Positions 32,456 to 42,742 of a DNA stretch of 64,000 nucleotides are shown in pieces. The notes under the pieces were generated by a model that had not been told where the DNA came from, searched no databases, and was given only the letters and a program-made list of their open reading frames with translations. Both the position numbers and the translations under genes were made by a program. Where the stretch lies: assembly GCA_037719925.1 (NCBI GenBank), contig JBBJMD010000003.1, positions 4,960 through 68,959 of the forward strand, read 5' to 3'. The stretch comes from Ferruginibacter sp. Its GTDB lineage: Bacteria; Bacteroidota; Bacteroidia; Chitinophagales; Chitinophagaceae. Numbering within the stretch: the first letter of the stretch is position 1; every line of letters begins with the position of its first letter.

Positions 32456-33223
32456 ATGAACTCCCGTTTTTTTATTTTCTTTTTAACCTGTGTTTTTGCA
32501 TTTCTTGCTCCAGGTGCCGTGGTTTCACAAACATCTTACATCAATTATGGTAAATCTACGGGTAAGCTGCCAGAAATATTTACTAAGGTTGAAGATTCAC
32601 TTAGAAAACAATTTGAGGATAAGAAGTTGCAGTGGCCTCCTCAGGAGCTATACCTGCGAAGCTTTAAATTCGACAGGCAGTTGGAAGTATGGATTAAAGA
32701 GGGCGACAAAAATACTTATAAACTTTTTAAGACCTATAAGGTTTGCATGCAAAGCGGAACAATGGGCCCAAAGCGGATGGAAGGGGATTACCAGGTGCCT
32801 GAAGGTTTTTATTATATTAATGAATTTAATCCCAACAGTAATTATCATTTGGCTTTAGGATTAAACTATCCGAATGCTTCCGATAAATTACTGAGTGATT
32901 CGCTTCATCCCGGCAATAATATTTATATTCATGGCAGTTGTGTATCTACGGGTTGCATCGCCATCACCGATTTCCCCATCGAGGAGTTGTATGTTTTGGC
33001 ATCACAGGTTAAAGAAATGGGGCAGGATTTTATCCCGGTACATGTATTTCCTATCAGGTACAATGTAAAAAAATCTTTTGAGTACATGGCACAGGCTACG
33101 AAACAAAACCAATCGTTGCAGGCCTTCGCCATAACTTTAAAAACTGCATTTGATTATTTTGAAACAAAGAAGCAGTTGCCTGTCATCCTGGTTAAAAAAA
33201 ACGGGCAGTACATCATTAATTGA
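32456..33223 (+). CDS. YkuD-fold L,D-transpeptidase family protein (YafK/DpaA-like)
   Basis: GPK..EGD.QVPEGFY and IYIHGSCVSTGC catalytic motif; signal peptide. Confidence 0.85.
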   Translation: MNSRFFIFFLTCVFAFLAPGAVVSQTSYINYGKSTGKLPEIFTKVEDSLRKQFEDKKLQWPPQELYLRSFKFDRQLEVWIKEGDKNTYKLFKTYKVCMQSGTMGPKRMEGDYQVPEGFYYINEFNPNSNYHLALGLNYPNASDKLLSDSLHPGNNIYIHGSCVSTGCIAITDFPIEELYVLASQVKEMGQDFIPVHVFPIRYNVKKSFEYMAQATKQNQSLQAFAITLKTAFDYFETKKQLPVILVKKNGQYIIN

Positions 33224-33277
33224 ACGCCGGGCATTCTTGCCAGGCGTAAAAGTGAGGGTATAATAATTCTAAACGCA

Positions 33278-34534
33278 CTAAATATCTTTCAGCAGCAGTT
33301 GTATTGTTTCCTGTGTTTTCTGACTGAGTAACTGTGTTCTTCCCAAAGTTAATTTTTCAATGATAGCCTCGTCGTAGTGCCGTATGGTCAGCAATGTACA
33401 ATTTCCTTCAACCTGAACATCAAAAAATTCACTTGCCGCCAACGCAAGCTTTTCGATTTTTAAAGGAATGTCATCCAGGCAGCAAAGCAGGGTGATTGCC
33501 CCGTTTTGGGAAAGGTTTGGCCTTACCCGGCAATCCAATAATAATTCATGGAACCTGCCTGCCATCCGATCTTCTGCAAATGAAAAATCACGGGAACTGA
33601 GCTGCATCAAAACCTGTTTAGGTTTCACGACAATAACTGGCGGTAATTCGTGAACAGCCTTGTTGCTGATGATCGTTCCTTCCGAGGCCGGGTTTAAAAA
33701 ACACCTTACATGCAAGGGAATGCCCTTGTTCTGTAAAGGCTTGATGGTTTTTGGATGAATAACCTGGGCCCCGTAATAGGCCATTTCTATAACTTCCCGG
33801 TAGCTCAGCCTGCTTATAAAGCGTGCCTCAGGAAATAGCTTTGGATCGGCATTCATTACACCTTCCACATCTTTCCAGATAGTTTGACTTTCAGCGTCCA
33901 GCATATTGGCAAAGATGGCGGCGCTATAATCACTTCCTTCCCGCCCCAGTGTGGTGCTTTCATTTTCATCCGTTGCCCCGATAAAGCCCTGTGTGATTAT
34001 AATGCCGGAAGTATCAAACAACGGCAACACAACATCCTGCATTTTTTGTAATGTAAAATTCCAGTCGATAACGGCGTCCCTGAAATTATCATCGGTTCTT
34101 ACAATATCCCTTACATCCACCCATTCGTTGTTTATATCAACCGTATTGAGGAAACTGCTGACAATCGCCGTACTCAGTAATTCACCGCAACATACTATCT
34201 GGTCGTAATAATAATCATATTGCCTCACCGGTTTATCATGCAGCAGCCATTCTACTTCGGTGAAAATATCGGTTAGCCCCTGATCCGATTGCCCGGTTAA
34301 TTGTTTTAAAACTTCAGTATGTTCAATTTTTACCTGGTTAAATAAGGACAGGGCCCCGGCCTTGTTACCTGTACAAAACGCTTCGGCCACTTTTTCGAGC
34401 GCATTAGTGGTTTTTCCCATGGCTGAAATAACGATGAGTAATTTTTCACCCCGGAAAGAACGGATTATATTACCAACGTGCCGGATCCTTTCAACGCTGC
34501 TGATACTTGCACCACCAAACTTAAAAACCTTCAT
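33278..34534 (-). CDS. lysC: aspartate kinase
   Basis: KFGGAS, SAMGKTTN, TLGREGSDYSA, ADPK, VIHPKT. Confidence 0.92.
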   Translation of the reverse strand: MKVFKFGGASISSVERIRHVGNIIRSFRGEKLLIVISAMGKTTNALEKVAEAFCTGNKAGALSLFNQVKIEHTEVLKQLTGQSDQGLTDIFTEVEWLLHDKPVRQYDYYYDQIVCCGELLSTAIVSSFLNTVDINNEWVDVRDIVRTDDNFRDAVIDWNFTLQKMQDVVLPLFDTSGIIITQGFIGATDENESTTLGREGSDYSAAIFANMLDAESQTIWKDVEGVMNADPKLFPEARFISRLSYREVIEMAYYGAQVIHPKTIKPLQNKGIPLHVRCFLNPASEGTIISNKAVHELPPVIVVKPKQVLMQLSSRDFSFAEDRMAGRFHELLLDCRVRPNLSQNGAITLLCCLDDIPLKIEKLALAASEFFDVQVEGNCTLLTIRHYDEAIIEKLTLGRTQLLSQKTQETIQLLLKDI

Positions 34535-35207
34535 TGAATAAATTTAAATTTTAAACGAATACACCTGTGTAAAGGGCTAATTTTAAACATGCTTGTAAAG
34601 ATTGCGTTAATATATCTATTGAATGCTGTGTTAAAGCCCGGCACAGGTCAAAAACCTGCTTCGTTATTATATTTTAGACTGGCATTCTTTTGAAGTATCT
34701 TCCTCTCAACGACCTGGTAAAGAAGTTCCTATTCGATAATGTGATTACATTTGCCCCGCAAATCTAAATTCTAAATTTTGCAATCAGAAAATTAAGTATG
34801 CGTATAACCAAGGATTGTAAATACAGGAGCGTACAAGATCCTGCGACAAGGCAGGTTTATTGCTAAAGGTATGGATCATAACTTTTTCCGTATACGAAAT
34901 TCTTGCAATCAGGAATCGAAGTAATAAATCTGGAATTACATATTGGGTTCCTGGAGTAACAAGGTGTTGCATGCGAGAAAAGTGAAGAACCAGCTTATTT
35001 GCGGCGATAAAAGGTTTCGGGCATACTGCGGCATGGTATTAGTTGCGCACCATTGGCAGTGAAGCGTAATGTAGGCGCCCTTCTCATGAAACACAGGCGA
35101 AACTTTTATGAGAAGGTAAAATAAACAGAAGAAGCGTACTATTAGAAAGTCATTGCCTGATCGTGTGTAAATTGCAATGGGATTTCAGGAGAATTATTAA
35201 AATAATT

Positions 35208-35969
35208 ATGGAGAAGGCGATCATATCGGTAGGTAATTTAAAAAAAAATTACGGTTCTTTTGAAGCGGTTAAAGGTATTTCGTTTGATGTATACCAGGGG
35301 GAAATATTCGGTTTGCTCGGCCCTAATGGTGCAGGAAAATCCACCACGCTTGAAATTATAGAAACATTGCGCCCGAAAACAAGCGGAACAGTTACCGTTA
35401 ACGGCTATAGCCTTGACAACCAAAAAGAGCACATTAAAAAAATAATCGGTGTCCAGTTGCAGACTTCCGGCTTTTACCCGGGATTGAACCTCCTTGAACT
35501 GATCAATTTATTTTCGGGATTGTATAACCAGCGGGTGCAGCCGATGGATTTATTAAAGCTGGTGAACCTTGAAGACAAGGCCAAAAATAAATACAAGCAC
35601 CTGAGTGGAGGCCAAAAGCAACGGTTTTCAATTGCTACTACACTCATCAATAAACCTAAAATCGTCTTTCTCGATGAGCCAACTACGGGCCTTGATCCAC
35701 AAGCCCGCAGAAATCTCTGGGAATTAATAAAAGATATCAGGGAGAAAGGTACCACGGTCATAATTACAACTCATTATATGGATGAGGCAGAGCAATTGTG
35801 TGATCGTATAGCGATCATGGATGAAGGAAAAATAATAGCACTGGCCTCACCTGATAAAATGATCGATGACCTGGTTGCCACCGGTTTTGAAAAGCCAAGG
35901 CCGGTGAAATCAGCTAACCTCGAAGATGTTTTTATTTATCTTACAGGTAAGGAAATGAGAGACGACTAA
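35208..35969 (+). CDS. ABC transporter ATP-binding protein (ABC-2 type), no adjacent permease
   Basis: GPNGAGKST, LSGGQ, FLDEPT, TTHYM. Confidence 0.92.
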   Translation: MEKAIISVGNLKKNYGSFEAVKGISFDVYQGEIFGLLGPNGAGKSTTLEIIETLRPKTSGTVTVNGYSLDNQKEHIKKIIGVQLQTSGFYPGLNLLELINLFSGLYNQRVQPMDLLKLVNLEDKAKNKYKHLSGGQKQRFSIATTLINKPKIVFLDEPTTGLDPQARRNLWELIKDIREKGTTVIITTHYMDEAEQLCDRIAIMDEGKIIALASPDKMIDDLVATGFEKPRPVKSANLEDVFIYLTGKEMRDD

Positions 35970-36016
35970 TTTGAGTACACAAGAATATTATACAAATTAT
36001 TAAAACAACATTTGAA

Positions 36017-36772
36017 ATGAATCAGTTTTTTTTAGTCATTAGTATTTCATTGGCAGTGAGCATATCAGTTCAGGCCCAGAAACCCAAATTAAAGGTAGTT
36101 AACCCGGCGGGCGTTACTGCAAAACCGAGGTCAGTTTTAAGGAATTCAACTGACTCCTTCAGTTATGCACTAGGATTAAATATTGCCAACAATCTGAAGC
36201 AGCAGGGTATCAATAAGATTAGTAATGCTGCCATGCAACGGGCACTTGATGATGTGTTTATCAAAAAGACCTTTTTGATGAATGACCAGCAGGCAAATTT
36301 GTGCATCCAGGAAAAAATCAGGGAAAATATGTCGAAGATCAACGAGGCGGTAAAATCAAAAGGAACTGCATTTTTAGCAGAGAATAAGAAAAGGGAAGGG
36401 GTTATCACTCTGCCGGATGGCTTACAGTATGAAGTGCTGAAAAAAGGCGAACAAAATTCACCAATGCCCAGGCTCCAGGATACTGTTGTGGTGCACTACG
36501 CGGGTACTTTGATCAATGGTGAAAAATTTGATAATTCATATGACCGGGGAGAACCCCTCTCTATTGCCGTCAACGGCGTAATCACGGGCTGGAAGGAAAT
36601 ATTACAGGTAATGCACATCGGGGATAAGATGAAGGTCTTCATTCCAAGCGATTTAGGATATGGGGACAGGGGCGCCGGCGCTAACATACCGGGCGGCTCA
36701 ACATTGATCTTTGAAATGGAACTGTTGGCAATCAAGCCTGCGGGAGTAACTGAATCAATTAAACCAGAGTAA
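36017..36772 (+). CDS. FKBP-type peptidyl-prolyl isomerase (FkpA/Mip-like)
   Basis: Signal peptide, SYALG N-domain, VHYAG, FDNS, VITGW, IPGGSTLIFE. Confidence 0.92.
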   Translation: MNQFFLVISISLAVSISVQAQKPKLKVVNPAGVTAKPRSVLRNSTDSFSYALGLNIANNLKQQGINKISNAAMQRALDDVFIKKTFLMNDQQANLCIQEKIRENMSKINEAVKSKGTAFLAENKKREGVITLPDGLQYEVLKKGEQNSPMPRLQDTVVVHYAGTLINGEKFDNSYDRGEPLSIAVNGVITGWKEILQVMHIGDKMKVFIPSDLGYGDRGAGANIPGGSTLIFEMELLAIKPAGVTESIKPE

Positions 36773-36774
36773 CC

Positions 36775-37300
36775 ATGGAAGAACTTCGTTATCCACTTGG
36801 TAAATATGAACCGCAGCCATTCTCTGAAAAACAGTTGCAGGATTGGTTGATTGATATTACATTTTTACCCCAGCATCTTGAAAATGCCATTTTAAATTTA
36901 GATGAGCACCAGCTGAACACCCGCTACCGGCCGGAGGGGTGGACTGTTAAACAGTTAGTACATCATGTAGCGGACAGCCATATGAACGCATACATTCGTT
37001 TTAAGCTCGGACTTACGGAAGATAACCCGACGATCAAACCGTATGACGAGGCAGCCTGGGCTGAATTGATTGATACAAAAAACCTGGCGGTCAATATTTC
37101 ACTTACTTTACTGCATGCATTGCATTTAAGATGGGTGGAAATATTAAAAATAATTTCAAGAGAGGAATGGAACCGGCCCGTTTTTCATCCGGAACTTAAA
37201 AAAGAATTAACCCTGTGGTATTTGCTGGGGAGTTACGCCTGGCATAGGCCGGCATCATGTAGCCCAGGTAACGCGCCTGCGGGAAAGAATGAACTGGTAA
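36775..37300 (+). CDS. bstA: YfiT/BstA family bacillithiol transferase (DinB fold), 1-nt insertion near 37245
   Basis: LRYPLG, YRPEGWT, HHVADSH. Removing one A restores YAWHGRHHVAQV...MNW* ending at 37300. Confidence 0.85.
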
Positions 37301-37374
37301 GGGGTAGTTATGGTTTATTCTGCACACGTTTTACTGCTCACCAAAGCCCGTTTTCATAACCAATAACTAACAGC

Positions 37375-37914
37375 ATGAACTGGAAAACATTGTCTTCCGA
37401 ATATATTTCAGCACACCCTTATTTTACTGCAAGGAAAGACCGGTGCGAAATGCCCGACGGAAAGATCGTTGAAGCGTATTATGTAGTCGAGCTCCCAATA
37501 ACTGTTTGTGCACTGGGGATAACTGAAGATGGCCGCGCGATTTTGATCCGGCAGTACCGTCATCCGATAGCCGAAACGATCCTTGAACTTCCCGGAGGGT
37601 TTATTGATGAAGGAGAGGAGCCATCCGGTGCTGCGCGTCGGGAACTGCTGGAAGAAACAGGGCACGAATTTTCTTCGGTTGAATATCTTGGCAAAGTGGC
37701 TGCTAACCCCGGGGTATTAAATACGTATACATATTTGTACTTAGCCCGGGGGGGCAAAAAGGTGGCCTCCCAAAATTTAGATCATAGCGAAGATTTAGAA
37801 ATACTGTTTGTGCCGTTGGCAGAGCTGAGGGAAATGTTACTGGCTAATAAAATCCCACAAGCCCTTCACGTTAGTTGTTTGGTATACGCTTTTCAAAAAA
37901 TTGATGGCAAATAA
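37375..37914 (+). CDS. NUDIX hydrolase (ADP-ribose pyrophosphatase-like)
   Basis: Nudix box GGFIDEGEEPSGAARRELLEETG. Confidence 0.9.
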   Translation: MNWKTLSSEYISAHPYFTARKDRCEMPDGKIVEAYYVVELPITVCALGITEDGRAILIRQYRHPIAETILELPGGFIDEGEEPSGAARRELLEETGHEFSSVEYLGKVAANPGVLNTYTYLYLARGGKKVASQNLDHSEDLEILFVPLAELREMLLANKIPQALHVSCLVYAFQKIDGK

Positions 37915-38026
37915 TGAAGTAATTATCGCTTTTAATATTTTGCAGCATACTTACCAAAAACCTTGTATCTTCAAAATGTAACCGCCAATAGAGCTGCACA
38001 TCGAATTGCTAAGAAAGGTAATGCTG

Positions 38027-39340
38027 TTAGTCCGCAATTTCACCGATAAGAAATATACTTCCGCAAACTATTACCAGGTCATTCTCCCTGGCATCCTTCC
38101 TGGCTGAGCGAAGCGCTTCATTTACATCCTCAAAAGCATTTCCTTTTAAATCAAATGTTTCGGCCCTTGCTTTTAGTTCCGGTGCTGGCAAAGCCCTGGG
38201 CAAATGCGCGGCGGTAAAATAATACCGGGCATGTTTTGGCAAAAGGGATAGCATTTTTAAAACCTCTTTGTCCTTAACCATTCCAATAACAAAAAACAGG
38301 TTGCTTTCTACACCGCCTTCACTGCTTGTGTCTGTGTAACGGAGCGCCTGGTCCAGTACCTGCCTGATGCCGTCTTCATTATGCGCCACATCTAAAACAA
38401 CCAACGGATTTTCTGAAATAATATCCCATCGCCCCTCCAATCCGGTTAGTTTTCTCACATGGGCGAGTGCATATTTTTTCTGTTGATTTTGAATGATAAA
38501 ACCCAGCGATAACAATATATCTTCTGCGCTTAAAACGGTACGTAAGTTCCTGGTTTGATACCATCCCCCGAGGTCGAGCGAAATTCTTTCTACCGGGGTT
38601 TTACCTGATTTTTTTACATCGCACTGTAATTGTGCGGCGGCTGGATGTACATTACGAACTTCATATTCCTCCTGTGCAAAGTGTAGGGCCGCATTACATT
38701 CCGTAGCTTTTTTTATAAAAACTGCTTTGGTTTCGTTAATATATTCACCAATTACCACGGGCACGGAGGGTTTTATGATACCTGCTTTTTCAAAAGCGAT
38801 CTTTTCCAGTGTATCGCCTAAAATATTCATGTGGTCATACCCGATATTTGTAATCACGGAAAGGATCGGGGTGATAACATTCGTACTGTCTAATCTTCCT
38901 CCCAGGCCGGTTTCAATAATGGCGATATCCACCTCTTGCAGGGCAAAATATTCGAATGCCATGGCCACTGTCAGCTCAAAAAAAGAAGGTTGTATTTGTT
39001 CCGTTAATACCTTGGTTCGCTCTACAAAATCAACGATAAAAGATTCATCAACCATCTGCCCGTTTATCCTTATCCTTTCCTTAAAATTTTTTAAATGCGG
39101 GGAGGTGTACAAACCTGTTTTGTAACCGGCCTGTTGTAAAATAGCGGCCAGCATGTGGCTGGTACTTCCTTTGCCATTGGTGCCGGCAACATGTATGCTT
39201 CTGAATTTGTTTTGTGGATTATCGAGCGCATTGCACAAACTGATAGTGTTGTGCAGGTCTTCTTTATAAGCAGCGGCCCCTATCCGGCTGAACATAGGCA
39301 GTTGGGCATACAGGTAATCAATGGTCTCCTGGTAGGTCAT
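38027..39340 (-). CDS. folC: folylpolyglutamate/dihydrofolate synthase
   Basis: HVAGTNGKGS, YTSPHL, ETGLGGRLDSTN, DVAHN, CGSIF. Confidence 0.95.
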   Translation of the reverse strand: MTYQETIDYLYAQLPMFSRIGAAAYKEDLHNTISLCNALDNPQNKFRSIHVAGTNGKGSTSHMLAAILQQAGYKTGLYTSPHLKNFKERIRINGQMVDESFIVDFVERTKVLTEQIQPSFFELTVAMAFEYFALQEVDIAIIETGLGGRLDSTNVITPILSVITNIGYDHMNILGDTLEKIAFEKAGIIKPSVPVVIGEYINETKAVFIKKATECNAALHFAQEEYEVRNVHPAAAQLQCDVKKSGKTPVERISLDLGGWYQTRNLRTVLSAEDILLSLGFIIQNQQKKYALAHVRKLTGLEGRWDIISENPLVVLDVAHNEDGIRQVLDQALRYTDTSSEGGVESNLFFVIGMVKDKEVLKMLSLLPKHARYYFTAAHLPRALPAPELKARAETFDLKGNAFEDVNEALRSARKDARENDLVIVCGSIFLIGEIAD

Positions 39341-39345
39341 TACTG

Positions 39346-39353
39346 CAAATATA
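39346..39353 (-). promoter_or_regulatory. -7 promoter element for folC
   Basis: TATATTTG 5 nt before the ATG, embedded in the inverted repeat cattact-N8-agtaatg. Confidence 0.55.
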
Positions 39354-39509
39354 GTAATGTTGATATCGGGGATTGTGGAATAGGACGCTGGCGAAGTACG
39401 ACCCTGGCAATAGTAATGTTATGTTGTTAGAATGAACCAACTTCCGGATATTATAATTAGGGTGTAAAAATTGATACAGGCTCAAACTTACTCATTTCCC
39501 AGCTTTCAA

Positions 39510-40370
39510 TTACTGTACATTAAAATTGAATTGAACAGTCACCGTACTTTCATCATTGGATTTATCAAACTGCACATTCCTGAGATATTGAATGATAGCG
39601 TTTGCATAGGCCTGCGCGCGCGTGGTGGAGTTTTTACCAAAACCGGTAAATGTGCCGGTGCCGGCAGGTGACACTCTTACCGTGGCATAAACGGTTGCTT
39701 TATCAAGGTCGCCCGTAAACGAATAGTATTTAATTATTTTCCTGTTTCCTATTACCCGCGGACCGCCGGTTCTGCCACCCGGACTGTTTCCATAGCTGTC
39801 CGGTTTACCGGAAGGGTCGCCTGCATCACCTTTGCCGCCTGGCTTATTGCCCTGGGAACGATACCCATTGTCTTCCGTTGCCCCATTACCTGTGCCATTA
39901 CCGGGACCATTATAAGTAATCCTGGGCTTTTGGGGTTTGGGAGTTGGTGGTGCTTCAACAGGGGCGGTGTTATTTGTTTTTGCAGGCCGTGTATTTGGCT
40001 CGGTCGCGATATTAGTTGCTTTCGGTGTGGGTTTATTTGGTTTTACAACAGGGGCCGCGTCTTCTTCTGCCTTGTCATCAGGTTGTATATCTTTAACCGG
40101 TTCATCTTTGGCGGCGGCTGCCTTTTGAGCCGGTGCCGAAACTTCCCTTACCGGTGCCCTTGCACCTTTTATCAGCGGCTGATCCAAACCAAAACCTTCC
40201 TCATTGTTTCCCAGGTTTATTTCCATCAGGTCCTGGGAGATCAAAGGGGGTGTGGAAGGCAGCATTATCGGCCAGCTGATAATAAATGCAAGGATTAATA
40301 ATACGCCACAAATAATAACCGTATAAGTTAATGCCTTTTTATTTTTTTCCGCTTCAAATGTTGCCTGCAT
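39510..40370 (-). CDS. TonB/TolA-like energy transducer
   Basis: Single N-terminal TM helix, EINLGN motif, long Pro/Lys/Gly-rich linker, small C-terminal alpha/beta domain; upstream of folC. Confidence 0.65.
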   Translation of the reverse strand: MQATFEAEKNKKALTYTVIICGVLLILAFIISWPIMLPSTPPLISQDLMEINLGNNEEGFGLDQPLIKGARAPVREVSAPAQKAAAAKDEPVKDIQPDDKAEEDAAPVVKPNKPTPKATNIATEPNTRPAKTNNTAPVEAPPTPKPQKPRITYNGPGNGTGNGATEDNGYRSQGNKPGGKGDAGDPSGKPDSYGNSPGGRTGGPRVIGNRKIIKYYSFTGDLDKATVYATVRVSPAGTGTFTGFGKNSTTRAQAYANAIIQYLRNVQFDKSNDESTVTVQFNFNVQ

Positions 40371-40708
40371 AGATACATTATAAATCATATCAAAGTTATT
40401 GATTAATTGCAAACGGTACAATACCATGCCCGGTATATGTGCTGGCTGTTAAATCTTTAACAAAGTATTGCCCGTAATTGGATTGCAGCGTTTACCTTTT
40501 CAAATCTGGGGCAGGAGGATACATACCGAAGGGCATAAATACTACATCAGGGATACCATTAAAGCGTGTTTTAGAGTAAACTTTTATTTGATCTTTAATT
40601 GAATGACAAGTTGCGTGCATTTTTAAAATGAATTTGAATACCACCTCTACAATGGCCGTCAATATAACCGGCGGAAAGGCGCGATGCGTAGCAATGATTA
40701 CATCGGGA

Positions 40709-41362
40709 TTATTTGCTGTAATTTCTTTCGCCAAAGATTAAACTTCCGATGCGGACCATATTACTGCCCTCCTCCATTGCGATTGGGTAATCGCCGCTCA
40801 TTCCCATACTTAAGATGGAAAATTGTGCATCCTGGTCAAATAACTTTTTTAATATTGTAAACTCGCTCCTTACTAAATTTTTATCATCACTGAAGGAAGC
40901 CATTCCCATCAGCCCGGCAATATGTATATTCTTTAACTCCGCTGACCTGCAAAATGTGGACGCCTGTTTCAATTCATTTTCATCGAACCCGAATTTGGTC
41001 TCTTCTATAGCAATATGCACCTGTAGCAGGCAATCGATTTGCCGGTTGTTCCTGATGGCCTGCTTATTAATTTCTTTTATTAGTCCTTCGTTGTCAACAC
41101 CATGAACCAGGTATACAAATGGGGCGATGAATTTTACTTTGTTGCGCTGCAGGTGCCCGATAAAGTGCCAGCGTATGTCCTTCGGTAGCTGGGCTTCTTT
41201 ATCAACCAGTTCCTGCACATAATTTTCACCAAAATCCCGTTGGCCCAAATCGTATAATTCCTGGATGTCCGCAACCGGTTTGGTTTTAGATACTGTTACC
41301 AGGGTTGCCTTGCCTTTCAGTTCAGCAAGTAGTGATCGATAATTTTCAGTGTTGACGGGCAT
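40709..41362 (-). CDS. yggS: PLP homeostasis protein
   Basis: VSKTK, FGENYVQE, WHFIGHLQ, LSMGMSGD, VRIGS. Confidence 0.95.
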   Translation of the reverse strand: MPVNTENYRSLLAELKGKATLVTVSKTKPVADIQELYDLGQRDFGENYVQELVDKEAQLPKDIRWHFIGHLQRNKVKFIAPFVYLVHGVDNEGLIKEINKQAIRNNRQIDCLLQVHIAIEETKFGFDENELKQASTFCRSAELKNIHIAGLMGMASFSDDKNLVRSEFTILKKLFDQDAQFSILSMGMSGDYPIAMEEGSNMVRIGSLIFGERNYSK

Positions 41363-41442
41363 AATATTTCATACAAACTTTCAGTTAGGTTTCACTTTAT
41401 TTTTCTGCAGATTTTAAAGTGAGGGAGGCGGTGGAAACAGGC

Positions 41443-42597
41443 TTATTTTAATATATGCCGGGTTATAACGATCCGTTGCACTTCGCTCGTGCCTTCATAA
41501 ATCTGGGTTATCTTGGCATCCCGCATCATCCGCTCAACGTGGTACTCTTTTACAAATCCATAGCCGCCATGGATTTGTACTGCTTCCGTTGCCGTCCACA
41601 TGGCAGTTTCCGCTGCATATACTTTTGCCATGCTTCCACTGAGCGTATAGTCTAACTGTTGATCTTTTTCCCAGGCAGATTTAAAACAAAGCAGCCTGGC
41701 GCATTCAATTCTTACAGCCATGTCCGCCAATTTAAATTGAATGATCTGGTGATGCATGATCTCTTTGCCAAAAGCCTTGCGTTGCTTGCTGTATGCCAGC
41801 GACCTTTCATAAGCACCGCTTGCAATGCCCAGGGCCTGCGAAGCGATCCCGATCCGCCCGCCGGCCAATGTCTTCATGGCAAACTTGAAACCAAAGCCAT
41901 CTTCACCGATACGGTTTTCCTTAGGAACCCTTACATCATTGAATAAAATAGTATGCGTGTCGCTGCCACGTATGCCCATTTTATTTTCTTTGGCCCCTAC
42001 GACTACCCCGGGCCAGTTTTTTTCTACTATCAATGCGTTTATGCCACGACTGCCTTTACTTACGTCTGTTTGCGCAATCACGATATATATACCCGCACTT
42101 CCACCATTCGTTATCCAGTTTTTTGTTCCGTTTAGCAGATAATGATCTCCCTTATCTTCTGCGGTAGTCTGTTGCGATGTAGCATCGCTTCCTGCTTCCG
42201 GCTCACTGAGGAGGAAAGCGCCAATATGCAACCGGCCCTCTTTTTTACCCTGCGCCAATGGTACCAGGTATTTTTGCTTCTGGTCTTCCGTACCATATTC
42301 CTGCAGGCCGTAACATACCAGGCTGTTATTAACGCTCATGCATACACTAACACTCGCATCTACCTTACTGATCTCCTCCATAGCGATCACGTAGCTGATC
42401 GTATCCATCCCGCTTCCGCCATATTCTGTTTTTACCATCATCCCCATAAAGCCGAGGTCCGCTAATTTTTCAATCTGTTCATGTGGAAATTTCTGTTGAT
42501 CATCTCTTTCAATCACACCAGGCAGGCATTCCGTCATTGCAAAATCCCTGGCCGCTTTTTGGATCATCAGGTGTTCTTCCGAAAGTTGAAACTGCAT
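41443..42597 (-). CDS. acyl-CoA dehydrogenase
   Basis: LSEPEAGSD, GTKNWITNG, AVQIHGGYG, IYEGTSEVQ. Confidence 0.95.
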   Translation of the reverse strand: MQFQLSEEHLMIQKAARDFAMTECLPGVIERDDQQKFPHEQIEKLADLGFMGMMVKTEYGGSGMDTISYVIAMEEISKVDASVSVCMSVNNSLVCYGLQEYGTEDQKQKYLVPLAQGKKEGRLHIGAFLLSEPEAGSDATSQQTTAEDKGDHYLLNGTKNWITNGGSAGIYIVIAQTDVSKGSRGINALIVEKNWPGVVVGAKENKMGIRGSDTHTILFNDVRVPKENRIGEDGFGFKFAMKTLAGGRIGIASQALGIASGAYERSLAYSKQRKAFGKEIMHHQIIQFKLADMAVRIECARLLCFKSAWEKDQQLDYTLSGSMAKVYAAETAMWTATEAVQIHGGYGFVKEYHVERMMRDAKITQIYEGTSEVQRIVITRHILK

Positions 42598-42742
42598 ATT
42601 GAGATTATTATTAAACACAAAAATAACGTTAAAAACTAATGACTGTTAGTTTATTTGGCTTTAGTTGCGGGGTGATTACACCAGGCAAAAATCTGCACTC
42701 ATTTCATTGCTAACTACTTTAGTATTATTGCTTTGATGTCCA

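Noticed and set aside
40492-40734. 80-aa ORF downstream of yggS
   Set aside because: TTG start overlapping the yggS end and no motifs; likely spurious.
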